From a virus, in IMG/VR virus record IMGVR_UViG_3300032249_001461, positions 35,935 through 99,934 of that record: a DNA stretch of 64,000 bases; one strand, written 5' to 3'. The translations under genes were made by a program, and so were the position numbers. Each line of letters opens with the position of its first letter. Position 1 is the first letter of the stretch. Below the pieces are notes generated by a model. It did no database searches and was not told the DNA's origin. It saw only the letters and a list, made by a program, of their open reading frames with translations. Positions 27,151 through 36,019 of this stretch are shown here, piece after piece.

Positions 27151-28821
27151 TCAAACTTGAAATTCCCATCTGGCCTTCCCGCAGTCCCATATCCTTGACA
27201 GGCCTCGTGAGTTCGCCCATTGGAGCTCGGTCATGTCGTGAGGGCAGTTCGCCTGCTTCTTGCTCTGGCTCTGCTTGCTGAATCTCTTCTTGGGATTTTT
27301 CATGTTGACATAGCAGTAGTCCGGAGGCAGTTCTCCCGCCTTCTTAAATCCGAGCCTCTCGTACACCGATCCGTCACTGTACCTGTTGTCGCTCCAAGAG
27401 ATTATCTTCTTCGCCCCGTTTTCACGGCACCATTCAGCACAGGCCTTGAACAGTTTGCCGGATCCACCCACGACCTGAAGCCCCGTCTTGAAACAGAGCC
27501 TGGTGAGGACGACGGAGTCGTTGTTCTTCTTTCTGTGGTGCCTTCCGAGGTCAACGACGCCGACGAGCTCCTCGCCATGGAACAGACCGAAGCAGACATG
27601 GCTCAATTTGTTCGCGCCCTGGAGGTGGTGGGCTTCGCAGAAGTCTCCCATTTCCTTTTTGCTGATTTCTTTTGTGGTGCATCTCCTTGCTTGGATTCTT
27701 TTTTCAAATATTCCGAGCTTTGAAAGTATCATGCTCTTGCATATATCGTTTTTAGAATTCCACTCGTCGTCGAATATGGTGAGGAGTTGTATTCCCTTTT
27801 CCCTGCACCTTTTCCACTTGTCGTGATGGTACGGGCGGGTTTTGGGACTGAAGGAGTCTTCGGCGTGCCAGAATATTCCACAGAACTCTATGGCCAAATT
27901 TTGATCTTTGTCGTATATGTCAAGTTCTCTGTTTTCTAAAACAGAGAAGTCATTATTGAAATTATGTCCAAATGAATTCAACCAATCTCTGATCTCATTC
28001 TGTTGCTTGAGATTGGGTCTATTTTCGGGGAGACACAAAGGGCTTTTGGCGCCATACCTCTCCATGCATGTTTCTTGATACTTTTTTTTGAAGGATTCGT
28101 GTTTGGAAAAGCAATCCACACCATATTTTTCAATCAATGTCTCAACCATCTTTTTACGAATTGATTCATTTTGGTGGGGATGTTCTACGCCGTATCTCTC
28201 AAGACAAGTATTGATCCTTTGAGACCAATACTCTTCAGTCTGGACGAAACTTTTTTTGCCGTATTTTTTTTGACAAGTTTCGTCCCTTTTTTTCTTGACT
28301 TCGTTGGATTGCATGGGATATTGGCAACCGTATTTTTCAATGCTTTTCTTTTTAATCTTTTCCAAATGAAGATCAGTCTTTGCAAAGTTTTTGTTTCCAT
28401 AAATTTTTAAGCATGTATTTTTTTGCTTTTCTTTTATCTCTTCGCATTGGAGAGGACTTTCGACACCATATTTTTCAAGCAAAGATTTCTTTCTTTTTTC
28501 AAAGAAATCTTTGCTTGAAAAATATTTTTCAGACCCATATTTCTTTAAGTTTTTTGCTTTTGATCTTTCAATAAATGAATTGGATGTGAAATAATTGGTG
28601 GAGCCATAAAGTTTTATGCTTCCTTCTTCTTTTTTCTTTTTGGTGCAAGATTTTGATCCGCAACTGTCCTTGTTTATTATTTTGTTGGAAAGCGCGATCT
28701 GTCTTTTTTCTCTCATGAATTCAATGCCGCAATAATCGCAGAGAACATGAACTTTAGTTCTATTTCCAGATTGCTCATAAGACTTTCCCAATTCTCTCAA
28801 ATTAACTTCATCCAATATCAT
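27151..28821 (-). CDS. free-standing Hef/Vsr-like homing endonuclease with KYG repeats
   Basis: repeated xKYGxx units; ELDIY...LAIEFCGIFWH; QLLTIFDDEW; C-terminal WSDNRYSDG...RIWDCG. Confidence 0.8.
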   Translation of the reverse strand: MILDEVNLRELGKSYEQSGNRTKVHVLCDYCGIEFMREKRQIALSNKIINKDSCGSKSCTKKKKEEGSIKLYGSTNYFTSNSFIERSKAKNLKKYGSEKYFSSKDFFEKRKKSLLEKYGVESPLQCEEIKEKQKNTCLKIYGNKNFAKTDLHLEKIKKKSIEKYGCQYPMQSNEVKKKRDETCQKKYGKKSFVQTEEYWSQRINTCLERYGVEHPHQNESIRKKMVETLIEKYGVDCFSKHESFKKKYQETCMERYGAKSPLCLPENRPNLKQQNEIRDWLNSFGHNFNNDFSVLENRELDIYDKDQNLAIEFCGIFWHAEDSFSPKTRPYHHDKWKRCREKGIQLLTIFDDEWNSKNDICKSMILSKLGIFEKRIQARRCTTKEISKKEMGDFCEAHHLQGANKLSHVCFGLFHGEELVGVVDLGRHHRKKNNDSVVLTRLCFKTGLQVVGGSGKLFKACAEWCRENGAKKIISWSDNRYSDGSVYERLGFKKAGELPPDYCYVNMKNPKKRFSKQSQSKKQANCPHDMTELQWANSRGLSRIWDCGKARWEFQV

Positions 28822-28833
28822 TTGGTGCCCCTT

Positions 28834-29721
28834 TCAGTCTAGGCTAATATACGGCAAGTCCCCAAACTTGTAAATGAGATCTTCAAACCATTTTTGTCTG
28901 TCCTCCCTGGCTTCTTGGAGGAGTTGTTGGCCGTCCATTGCAACACTGCCGCCTGCTCCCGGTACGCTCTGGTATTTGCTTCTGATTCTTCCTAATTGTT
29001 CTTTGGCATACGTGAGGGAGCCCTCTTGAATGGCCTGAGTCACTTCTCCCCAGTCCTTATTTTTTTGAAGATAATGCACCACCACCTTGTCAACCCTGTA
29101 TGGGACTGGATATAGTTTTATTGCATTCAAGCCGCCAATAAATTCCCATCCGCCTATAGCAGAACTTGTCCTGCTGTACATTTGTTGATATTGTCGATAC
29201 AATACCCATTCTCCCATCTTACCATATACCGGCTGAACGGGGTCGATCATTCCTCCCAAGATAGTTCCTGAGGCTCCGGTATAATATTCTATCGGAATTA
29301 CGCCCCCTAGGTCGCTTGCTTGAAATGCGTTGTTTGGCACTTCGCGGTAGAATACATTTCTTATCATTCCCACTTCTGGCGGCATGGCATATATGCTCTG
29401 TCCCGGAACAGAATTAAATATGTGATACTGAAAGTGCTCTCTGCCGGCATAGTCCTCGAATATCTTCATCGCCTGGTCGACTGCGAGGTCCAGGTTTTGC
29501 ATGTCCAGTTCCAGCTTGACCACGGGCGCCCCGAGCATGAGCATGCAGTAGTCCTTGATCTGCTCCCTGACCTTCTCCCTCTGTCTTCTCGGGCCGATCT
29601 GGCTCTTGTTGAGGGGGTCCACCGGCCCGAGGTCGTTGCAGGTGCTGTTGCACTGCATGCTGGCCATGTTGGTCATGCTGGGCCTGTTGACGGCCAGGGT
29701 GTTGTTTCCTCCGCAGCTCAT
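28834..29721 (-). CDS. neck/head completion protein (T4 gp13-like)
   Basis: IKDYCMLMLGAPVVKLELD; KEQLGRIRSKY..PG.G..MDGQQLLQEA. Confidence 0.85.
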   Translation of the reverse strand: MSCGGNNTLAVNRPSMTNMASMQCNSTCNDLGPVDPLNKSQIGPRRQREKVREQIKDYCMLMLGAPVVKLELDMQNLDLAVDQAMKIFEDYAGREHFQYHIFNSVPGQSIYAMPPEVGMIRNVFYREVPNNAFQASDLGGVIPIEYYTGASGTILGGMIDPVQPVYGKMGEWVLYRQYQQMYSRTSSAIGGWEFIGGLNAIKLYPVPYRVDKVVVHYLQKNKDWGEVTQAIQEGSLTYAKEQLGRIRSKYQSVPGAGGSVAMDGQQLLQEAREDRQKWFEDLIYKFGDLPYISLD

Positions 29722-29780
29722 TTTTGTTCCTTTGTGGGTGTCTAATCATATATATGTTTTTACCAACGAAAGGAGATTAG

Positions 29781-30188
29781 ATGGCCAGACAAGACGGACC
29801 GATGCCCTTGGGCGATCTTCCGGAGCACATGAGGTCGGTGAGGGAGGGAGGCAGTTTGGATTACGGGCCCGTCGTGGATGTCGGCAGGATCGTGGACGAC
29901 GGTCCTCCAAGATGGATGAGTGTGGCCGCATACTCTACCGCCCTGTGTATGTTATTGGGTTTGGGACTAGTGGGCTACTCTTCTACGGGGACGATAATAA
30001 TAGATGCGAACAGGCTTGACTCCGCCTCCGTTTCAGAAATTGTCAGAGAAGAGGGAGGCAGGGTTTTTTCGGCGAAGCAAAAGGAGGATGGAACGCATGA
30101 GGTGCGGGTATTGACATTCAAGAGGATGAGTTCCTTCCTAGAGCAGCTGAAAAAAAACAAAGAAATCAAGAAGGCAGAGGAAAGATGA
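29781..30188 (+). CDS. single-pass membrane protein
   Basis: hydrophobic stretch ALCMLLGLGLVGY. Confidence 0.55.
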   Translation: MARQDGPMPLGDLPEHMRSVREGGSLDYGPVVDVGRIVDDGPPRWMSVAAYSTALCMLLGLGLVGYSSTGTIIIDANRLDSASVSEIVREEGGRVFSAKQKEDGTHEVRVLTFKRMSSFLEQLKKNKEIKKAEER

Positions 30189-30820
30189 ATTTCAGATCGT
30201 TCCTAGAATCAGATATCAAGGTTACCGACATCCGGCCCGTGAACAAGGCCTTCTACGACATGGGCAGTCCAGAGGGCAGAGAGCAATACGACAATGACCT
30301 CAAGGACGCTTTGATCAGGGTGGAAAAGAGAAGGCGAATAAGCGTTGTTTCGGAAAAAGTCGTGGAGGAGCCATATGTCATCACGTGCTGGCGCGGATTT
30401 GACCAGAGGTCATTTGAAAGGGACGCGATGAACGAGAACGGAAAAATAATCCTGAAGGGCGAAAGGGCAATGGAGGGAATGCTGTGGTTTACGCATTCTC
30501 TTCAGCCGAGAGACTTGCGACCAAAGGAGTATGCGTTGAGCCATGCAAGGGACGATGGATACCTTCTGACCTATCCGCTTAAGTGCAAGAGGTCGTTCAA
30601 AATAACCAGGTACGACGACGGAAGCGAGATCGTGGACGTTCCGGACGGAACAAAAATCAATCAGACGGAATTAAGGAATACGGACAATATAGCGGGAAAG
30701 TTTTATGAACTTCCGGAAGGCTGGTATTTTACTTGGCAGGTTCAAAGACACATAGGATTCAAGGGTGATCTGGAGATAGAGACGCCCATGCTAAAAAAGA
30801 TATCTAACCGGGACAAATAA
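30185..30820 (+). CDS. hypothetical protein, putative internal head protein
   Basis: MNFRSFLES. Confidence 0.6.
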   Translation: MNFRSFLESDIKVTDIRPVNKAFYDMGSPEGREQYDNDLKDALIRVEKRRRISVVSEKVVEEPYVITCWRGFDQRSFERDAMNENGKIILKGERAMEGMLWFTHSLQPRDLRPKEYALSHARDDGYLLTYPLKCKRSFKITRYDDGSEIVDVPDGTKINQTELRNTDNIAGKFYELPEGWYFTWQVQRHIGFKGDLEIETPMLKKISNRDK

Positions 30821-30844
30821 GTTGCGGGTTCGCTAATTTAATTT

Positions 30845-31153
30845 ATGTTCCAAGGCATGTTCCAGAATCTTCAGGGATCCGCAATAAAGAAGCACATGTT
30901 CGAGATGCTCGGGGAACGTTACGGAAGGAACGAGCGTTTTATAGAGAGGCTCATAGGACAGGTGAACACGAAGGAGGACTACGAGGGGCTCGGCGTGTTT
31001 CTCGCCGATATTTTTGAGTCAGGGTTCATCAGGGCCGTCAACCAGTACAAGGATCAGTTCGCGAAGATGGGGATGAAGGTCAGCATCGTTCCCGAGGAGA
31101 AGCCCAAGGATTCTTCCTCAAGGATATTCGGTCATTCGGAGAAGTCGGGCTGA
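30845..31153 (+). CDS. hypothetical protein
   Basis: 102-aa ORF. Confidence 0.6.
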   Translation: MFQGMFQNLQGSAIKKHMFEMLGERYGRNERFIERLIGQVNTKEDYEGLGVFLADIFESGFIRAVNQYKDQFAKMGMKVSIVPEEKPKDSSSRIFGHSEKSG

Positions 31154-31791
31154 GTCTCGGATGGAACCGACTTGAAGAGCCAGCCTCCCTCCTTCCGCTC
31201 CTTGGAACTCACTTTCCACCATCTGTATTCGTCGTACGGAACTCTGTCGTATGATCCGGTCTCCTCGTTGTAGACCTCGTAGGAAAACGGATATATTATT
31301 GATCTTTCTGTGATCTGGCCGTTGGGGTCGCTTGTCCAAAAATCGAACGAGAAGTCGTTGGACTCCACGACGATCATCGGGAACACCATCTTCCTCCCGT
31401 AGCTCAGGCGTTCCCATGACTCGCCGTAGAGACTGTCCTTCTTTTTCTGGACGATTGCCGGGAGGCAGTGCGATATCACCTTGTATTTTATGTGCGGAAG
31501 GTCAAACGTCTTTTCTTCTTGCTGTTTGTTTGGAACTTCATTTGCCTTGTCGTCCTCCCTTTCATACGCCTCCGGCTTGGGTGCGGGTAAGGGTTCGGGG
31601 ATGGGCGAGGGTGGATCGGGAATCGTCCTCGCTTCCTGCCTTTTCATCCTCGGAGCTGCGTTTGACCTTATCTCCTCCCATGTGAAGTTGTGGAACACCA
31701 ACTTGGAGGAGTCCCACTTTTCCTGCTCTTTGACAAGCGGATTGGGGGATTTTATTACATAGACGCTTCCGTCCTTGTTGGATATTGCCAT
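31132..31791 (-). CDS. hypothetical protein
   Basis: N-terminus I.NKDGSVY resembles that of the gp14-like protein (IKNSDGTPY). Confidence 0.65.
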   Translation of the reverse strand: MAISNKDGSVYVIKSPNPLVKEQEKWDSSKLVFHNFTWEEIRSNAAPRMKRQEARTIPDPPSPIPEPLPAPKPEAYEREDDKANEVPNKQQEEKTFDLPHIKYKVISHCLPAIVQKKKDSLYGESWERLSYGRKMVFPMIVVESNDFSFDFWTSDPNGQITERSIIYPFSYEVYNEETGSYDRVPYDEYRWWKVSSKERKEGGWLFKSVPSETQPDFSE

Positions 31792-31852
31792 TTTTTTGAA
31801 GCCCTAACTATATAATGGTTAGTCCAGATAGAAGAGAAAAGAGAGGTGAAAA

Positions 31853-32254
31853 ATGCCGCTGGTGGTACCTGACGAGGGAGAGCGTAGGCTCCTTGGATAT
31901 ATCGTGAACAAGACGGCTCCCACCAACCTTGTTCTCCGCCTGTACACGAACAGCATAGACCTTTCCACCGAGACTTGGAATACGGCGAGTTTGACCGAGG
32001 CTTCGGGAGCCGGCTATTCCTCGGTGACTCTCACGGGAGCCAACTGGGTCATATCCACCGTGGCGGGCGTCACGGCCGCCATCTACAACACGACGGTCAC
32101 GTTCTCGTTCTCGCAAGCCCGCGACATACAGGGCTACTATCTGACCGACACCTCGGGGGCCATACTCTGGGCGGAGGAGTTCCCCGGGGCTCCTTTCAGC
32201 CTTCCTTCTACGGGAGGCGAAATAACCATACGCCCCCAGGTGCAGCTAAGCTGA
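31853..32254 (+). CDS. virion structural protein
   Basis: LRLYTN...TEASGAGYSSVTL...GYYL; GAGGTG RBS. Confidence 0.65.
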   Translation: MPLVVPDEGERRLLGYIVNKTAPTNLVLRLYTNSIDLSTETWNTASLTEASGAGYSSVTLTGANWVISTVAGVTAAIYNTTVTFSFSQARDIQGYYLTDTSGAILWAEEFPGAPFSLPSTGGEITIRPQVQLS

Positions 32255-32859
32255 TGAAGGGCTTCGGAGAATGGCTTGCGGAGGCGATGGTCAGGGGTTC
32301 CGTCGCGGGCGATGCGATGAAGAGGACCATGGACTTCAAGGTGGATGCGGAGTGGATCAAGTGGAGCGTGGAGCCGAAGGGGTGGATCACAGACAAGGGT
32401 GTCAAGGACTCGTTTGATCTTGCGGCGGCCTTCTACAATCCCAAGGTTCCGAAGCCCGCATTCTTCTATGTTCGAGCCCATGCCGTACTAGAAAAGCCAG
32501 ACGCGGAATATGACTCCGTGTCGGGGTCGGACGAGATGGAGATAATGGCGACTTTGTTTGTTTTCAATGGAAGAACTGGGCTGCCGGGAAGGCCCGTCGG
32601 GCCTGAGCCTCGAAACATGAAGGGACTATTTGACAGGGCCGGACACATAAGACTCAGCGAAAGGAACGACCGAATCAGCTTTCCCGGAGCCTTGTCGGAG
32701 TTTGACGGACCTTCTTTGAAAACTCCGCTCCAGCTTGCGGACTGGATAAACAAGGTCATAAGCCATACGGACATAGGCGGGGAAGACGACGGAGAAGATG
32801 ACGAACCGGACTCTCCTCGGACATCTGATCCGAGCGGAAGAAGGCTGATAGGAGTCTAG
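32254..32859 (+). CDS. hypothetical protein, putative internal head protein
   Basis: MKGFGEWLAE. Confidence 0.6.
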   Translation: MKGFGEWLAEAMVRGSVAGDAMKRTMDFKVDAEWIKWSVEPKGWITDKGVKDSFDLAAAFYNPKVPKPAFFYVRAHAVLEKPDAEYDSVSGSDEMEIMATLFVFNGRTGLPGRPVGPEPRNMKGLFDRAGHIRLSERNDRISFPGALSEFDGPSLKTPLQLADWINKVISHTDIGGEDDGEDDEPDSPRTSDPSGRRLIGV

Positions 32860-32894
32860 CGGCCCGACCTATATACAAAAGGAGGGAACGCGCA

Positions 32895-33746
32895 TTGATC
32901 AAGAACTCGGACGGAACGCCATACAAGCCGGTCGGAAGCCTTGAGCAGTTCGATCCGGACAATCCCGAAAGGTGCCTCTGGAACGACTGGGACGCTGAAT
33001 TGATCAAGATATACGGATCCCCCGTCTTCTACTACGAGGTCTTCATCCAGACCGGTTCGCTGGACAAGTTGTACAGGGAGGACAGGGGCAAGTTGTGGTC
33101 TAACAATCCAATAACCATCTATGCCGACTACGAGCCCGTGGTGGGACAGAACTACCAGAACGCGTTCGGGATAGATTCTCCGGACGAGGTGGTTTTCAAC
33201 TTCAACTACCAGGACGTCCTCAAAAGAATCGGGCATCCTCCGAAGATAGGATCACGCATATACAGCCCCCACAGAAAGGAGGATTGGGTAATCATTCAGA
33301 GGAACATTGGAGAAACCATGCTGTGGAGCCAGTTGAGGCTTCAGGTTCTCTGTCAGAGGTTCCAGGAAAGCGTAACTACGGGAGAAGGCAAAGTAACTCA
33401 GCCCAGACAAGAATTTGATCTTAATCCAGCCTCCAAATATTCTTCTCCTCCTCCTCCGCCGGCGGCCAATCCGAGTCCCTCGCCGACACCCACCCAAACA
33501 CCCACCCAAACACCCACCCAAACGCCCACCCAAACACCCACCCAAACGCCCACCCAAACACCCACCCAAACGCCCACCCAAACGCCCACCCAAACGACCA
33601 CCCAAACGCCCACCCAAACGCCCACCCAAACACCCACCCAAACGCCCACCCAAACGCCCACCCAAACGCCCACCCAAACACCCACCCAAACACCAACACA
33701 GCCGAGCCCTCCCTCGCCTCCCGGGGGGGGAGGGTCTGCAGAATGA
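32895..33746 (+). CDS. neck protein (T4 gp14-like) with (TQTP)n tail ending GGGGSAE
   Basis: [35 protein letters not shown]. Confidence 0.75.
   Translation: MIKNSDGTPYKPVGSLEQFDPDNPERCLWNDWDAELIKIYGSPVFYYEVFIQTGSLDKLYREDRGKLWSNNPITIYADYEPVVGQNYQNAFGIDSPDEVVFNFNYQDVLKRIGHPPKIGSRIYSPHRKEDWVIIQRNIGETMLWSQLRLQVLCQRFQESVTTGEGKVTQPRQEFDLNPASKYSSPPPPPAANPSPSPTPTQTPTQTPTQTPTQTPTQTPTQTPTQTPTQTPTQTTTQTPTQTPTQTPTQTPTQTPTQTPTQTPTQTPTQPSPPSPPGGGGSAE
33487..33700. repeat. about 17-18 copies of 12-bp CCCACCCAAACR
   Basis: direct reading. Confidence 0.95.
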
Positions 33747-33771
33747 GATGTGCTGTTTTTGACCATCCAAG

Positions 33772-33817
33772 GTCAACTGCCCGACCTAAGAGGGATCGGG
33801 GTTTCTGGCGGCTGTCT
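33772..33817 (-). mobile_element. second single-hairpin IS200/IS605 derivative (left boundary approximate)
   Basis: minus strand CCGCCAGAAACCCCGATCCCTCTTAGGTCGGGCAGTTGAC resembles the left end of the 43006 element fused to a right end. Confidence 0.6.
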
Positions 33818-33935
33818 TGTCCGCTTTCCAGAACATTATCAGAGGTATTTTTGGCCTTGGAAGTCTGACCAGGGTGCCTTCGGGCATGAAGGGAAATCTT
33901 CTTGTCTTGGATTTTCTGATGGGGAAGTGCTTCAT
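33786..33935 (-). CDS. 49-aa basic hypothetical protein (not in ORF track)
   Basis: [16 protein letters not shown]...; ATGA overlap; stop lies inside the hairpin element. Confidence 0.4.
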   Translation of the reverse strand: MKHFPIRKSKTRRFPFMPEGTLVRLPRPKIPLIMFWKADKTAARNPDPS

Positions 33936-34795
33936 TTTTTTGAGCGAAAAAGTCTCTTTGGTATTTTTGTCTTCAGTTCAGAGGCTTTTGTCTGCATCTT
34001 GGAATTCATCGTTTCATCAAGAGCCTCATATCCGCCCTTGGCGTATGCGGAGGAAAGCACCTTGTACTTGTCGTCAAAAGACAAGCCGTTGCTGTCGCTC
34101 CATTTTTTCGATGCCATCTTGGATCCGTGCTCACCTATTCTCCGATCCATGCTTTCTCTCTTCATTCTTTCTTCGTCGCTGAACGGGACGAAGGAAGACG
34201 GATTTCTCTGCGGAACTATCAGTATCTGCCCGTATGGTTCTCCGTGCCTGAATATGTGCGTCTCGCCCTCGATCGGAGCCTTGAAGACGACGAAGAAAAT
34301 TCTTGACCACCATCTTTGAATGTGTCCGGGGACAAGACACGGAACTGTGCCGGTGTTGTCTGTGTAGAATCTCGGATGAGGCTCGGTTCTCACTACGTAG
34401 CCCTCGGGTGGCTCTATGTCGTAGTTGCCCGACATTCCGTAGTGGCCGTCGGCGAAGCACATCATGGGCGGAGTATTTTTTTTCTCCTGATCGCCCGTCA
34501 CGTATTCTCCGTTCTCGCCGATCATCCATCCCTCTTCGGAAAAGTCGCCTTCAAAGACCACTTTGCCGCCGACTCTTCTCACTATGCATTCACTCTTGTA
34601 TGGATACAGAAGTTCGTGTCCGTAGGTGCTTGCTTCCACAAATGGAGGACAATGCCACGGCTGGGCGGCCGCTCCATCTCCATGGTTCTTGTCCTTCCCG
34701 GACCAGCCGGGGATTTGGAGCCTTATGGGGCGGGGAGGAGGACCTCCGTCCAAAGATCTGTATTTTACGATTAATTCTTCCATTTTGGGATACAT
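33932..34795 (-). CDS. DUF6065-related protein
   Basis: WHCPPFVEASTYGHEL; IEPPEGYVVRTEPHP; FRHGEPYGQILIVP. Confidence 0.6.
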   Translation of the reverse strand: MYPKMEELIVKYRSLDGGPPPRPIRLQIPGWSGKDKNHGDGAAAQPWHCPPFVEASTYGHELLYPYKSECIVRRVGGKVVFEGDFSEEGWMIGENGEYVTGDQEKKNTPPMMCFADGHYGMSGNYDIEPPEGYVVRTEPHPRFYTDNTGTVPCLVPGHIQRWWSRIFFVVFKAPIEGETHIFRHGEPYGQILIVPQRNPSSFVPFSDEERMKRESMDRRIGEHGSKMASKKWSDSNGLSFDDKYKVLSSAYAKGGYEALDETMNSKMQTKASELKTKIPKRLFRSKK

Positions 34796-34814
34796 ATCAT
34801 ATCAAGGGGATTCA

Positions 34815-35798
34815 ATGTCTGTCAATCCTGGCAACTATCAGAACAAAAAATTAAACGAGTGCAATCCGATCAGTCCGGCAGAGACTTCGCGCATGGACTC
34901 CTCGCCTCCCCGTGACTGTCCTGGTCCCGAGGGCCTCGGAACGGGCTGGGTGGAGCGACAGTCTCAATCTAAGGTTGGCGTGGGAAGAGAGGGCCAGTGC
35001 GACCCCATGCAGACGGGCCAGATAGTGGAGGACATGAAGAACCCAGACAGGGATGTCCTGTATCGTTACTCCAAAAGCCTGCGGGGGTGTGACGAGGCGA
35101 TGGTGGATTTGTTTTCCAACATAGTTGTAATAGACGAAGACGGAAAGGCCCATAAGGTTCCGATAGTGTGGGGGACGCAAGAAAGGGCTGTGGCGTGGAT
35201 ACTTCAGGACAACGTGCGCAAGGACGGAAGTCTTGTTGTCGAGCGAATAAGACTTCCGATGATGGCGATATATTCCTCGGGAATAGAATTCGACCAGACG
35301 CGCTACACGTACCACCGGGCCTTGGACTACATGAGAAGACTTGACCCGGCGGGAAGGCCCGGCCTTGTCTCCAAAGAGAAGTACGAAAGAGACACAGTTT
35401 TCGGTGTCGCGAGGGGCATTCCCGTGAACAAGTCCTACACGCTCACGGCCTGGACCATGTACATGGAGGACATAGATCAAATTATAGAGCAGATCGTTCT
35501 AAAATTTTCTCCAGTTGCATACATACGTGTTAGGGGAGTCAACTGGGAGACCTTGGTCAACCTTGACTCCATAGCGAACAATGTTGACTATGAGCCGGGC
35601 GACCAGAACCAGCGAATCATCAAATTCGAATTTAGTTTTACCGCCCGTACATATATACCGCAACCAATGGTTCGCAAGAAGTCGGTCCTCGGCACCAAAG
35701 TCGACATGTACGATGGTGTTGAGGAGCAGAGGATCACGGAAGTGTTGGGCAGGCTCGAGGAGAGCGTAGAGAAAATAGAAAGGCAACTTGATGATTGA
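34815..35798 (+). CDS. tail terminator/sheath stabiliser (T4 gp15-like)
   Basis: FSNIVV..KVPIVWGTQER..RLPMMA..DQIIEQIVLKFSP. Confidence 0.85.
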   Translation: MSVNPGNYQNKKLNECNPISPAETSRMDSSPPRDCPGPEGLGTGWVERQSQSKVGVGREGQCDPMQTGQIVEDMKNPDRDVLYRYSKSLRGCDEAMVDLFSNIVVIDEDGKAHKVPIVWGTQERAVAWILQDNVRKDGSLVVERIRLPMMAIYSSGIEFDQTRYTYHRALDYMRRLDPAGRPGLVSKEKYERDTVFGVARGIPVNKSYTLTAWTMYMEDIDQIIEQIVLKFSPVAYIRVRGVNWETLVNLDSIANNVDYEPGDQNQRIIKFEFSFTARTYIPQPMVRKKSVLGTKVDMYDGVEEQRITEVLGRLEESVEKIERQLDD

Positions 35799-36015
35799 AA
35801 TAAAGAACAAAACAAGGGGTCCGGTTCAGATACTTATCAGATCAAGGAAGTCTCCTAAGGCCTTCACGACATTGAATGTGCCGGGTGTGGGCGCTGGGAA
35901 CAACGTCTACATGCTGGAGGATGAGCGGAACACTGAATATGTTGAGAGAGCGGAGAAGATGGGTCTCATCTCGACTAGGCATCTAACAAAAAAAGAATTG
36001 AACAAGGGAGAATAA
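35788..36015 (+). CDS. small tail-associated protein
   Basis: position between gp15-like and sheath genes. Confidence 0.6.
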   Translation: MMIEIKNKTRGPVQILIRSRKSPKAFTTLNVPGVGAGNNVYMLEDERNTEYVERAEKMGLISTRHLTKKELNKGE

Positions 36016-36019
36016 CGTC

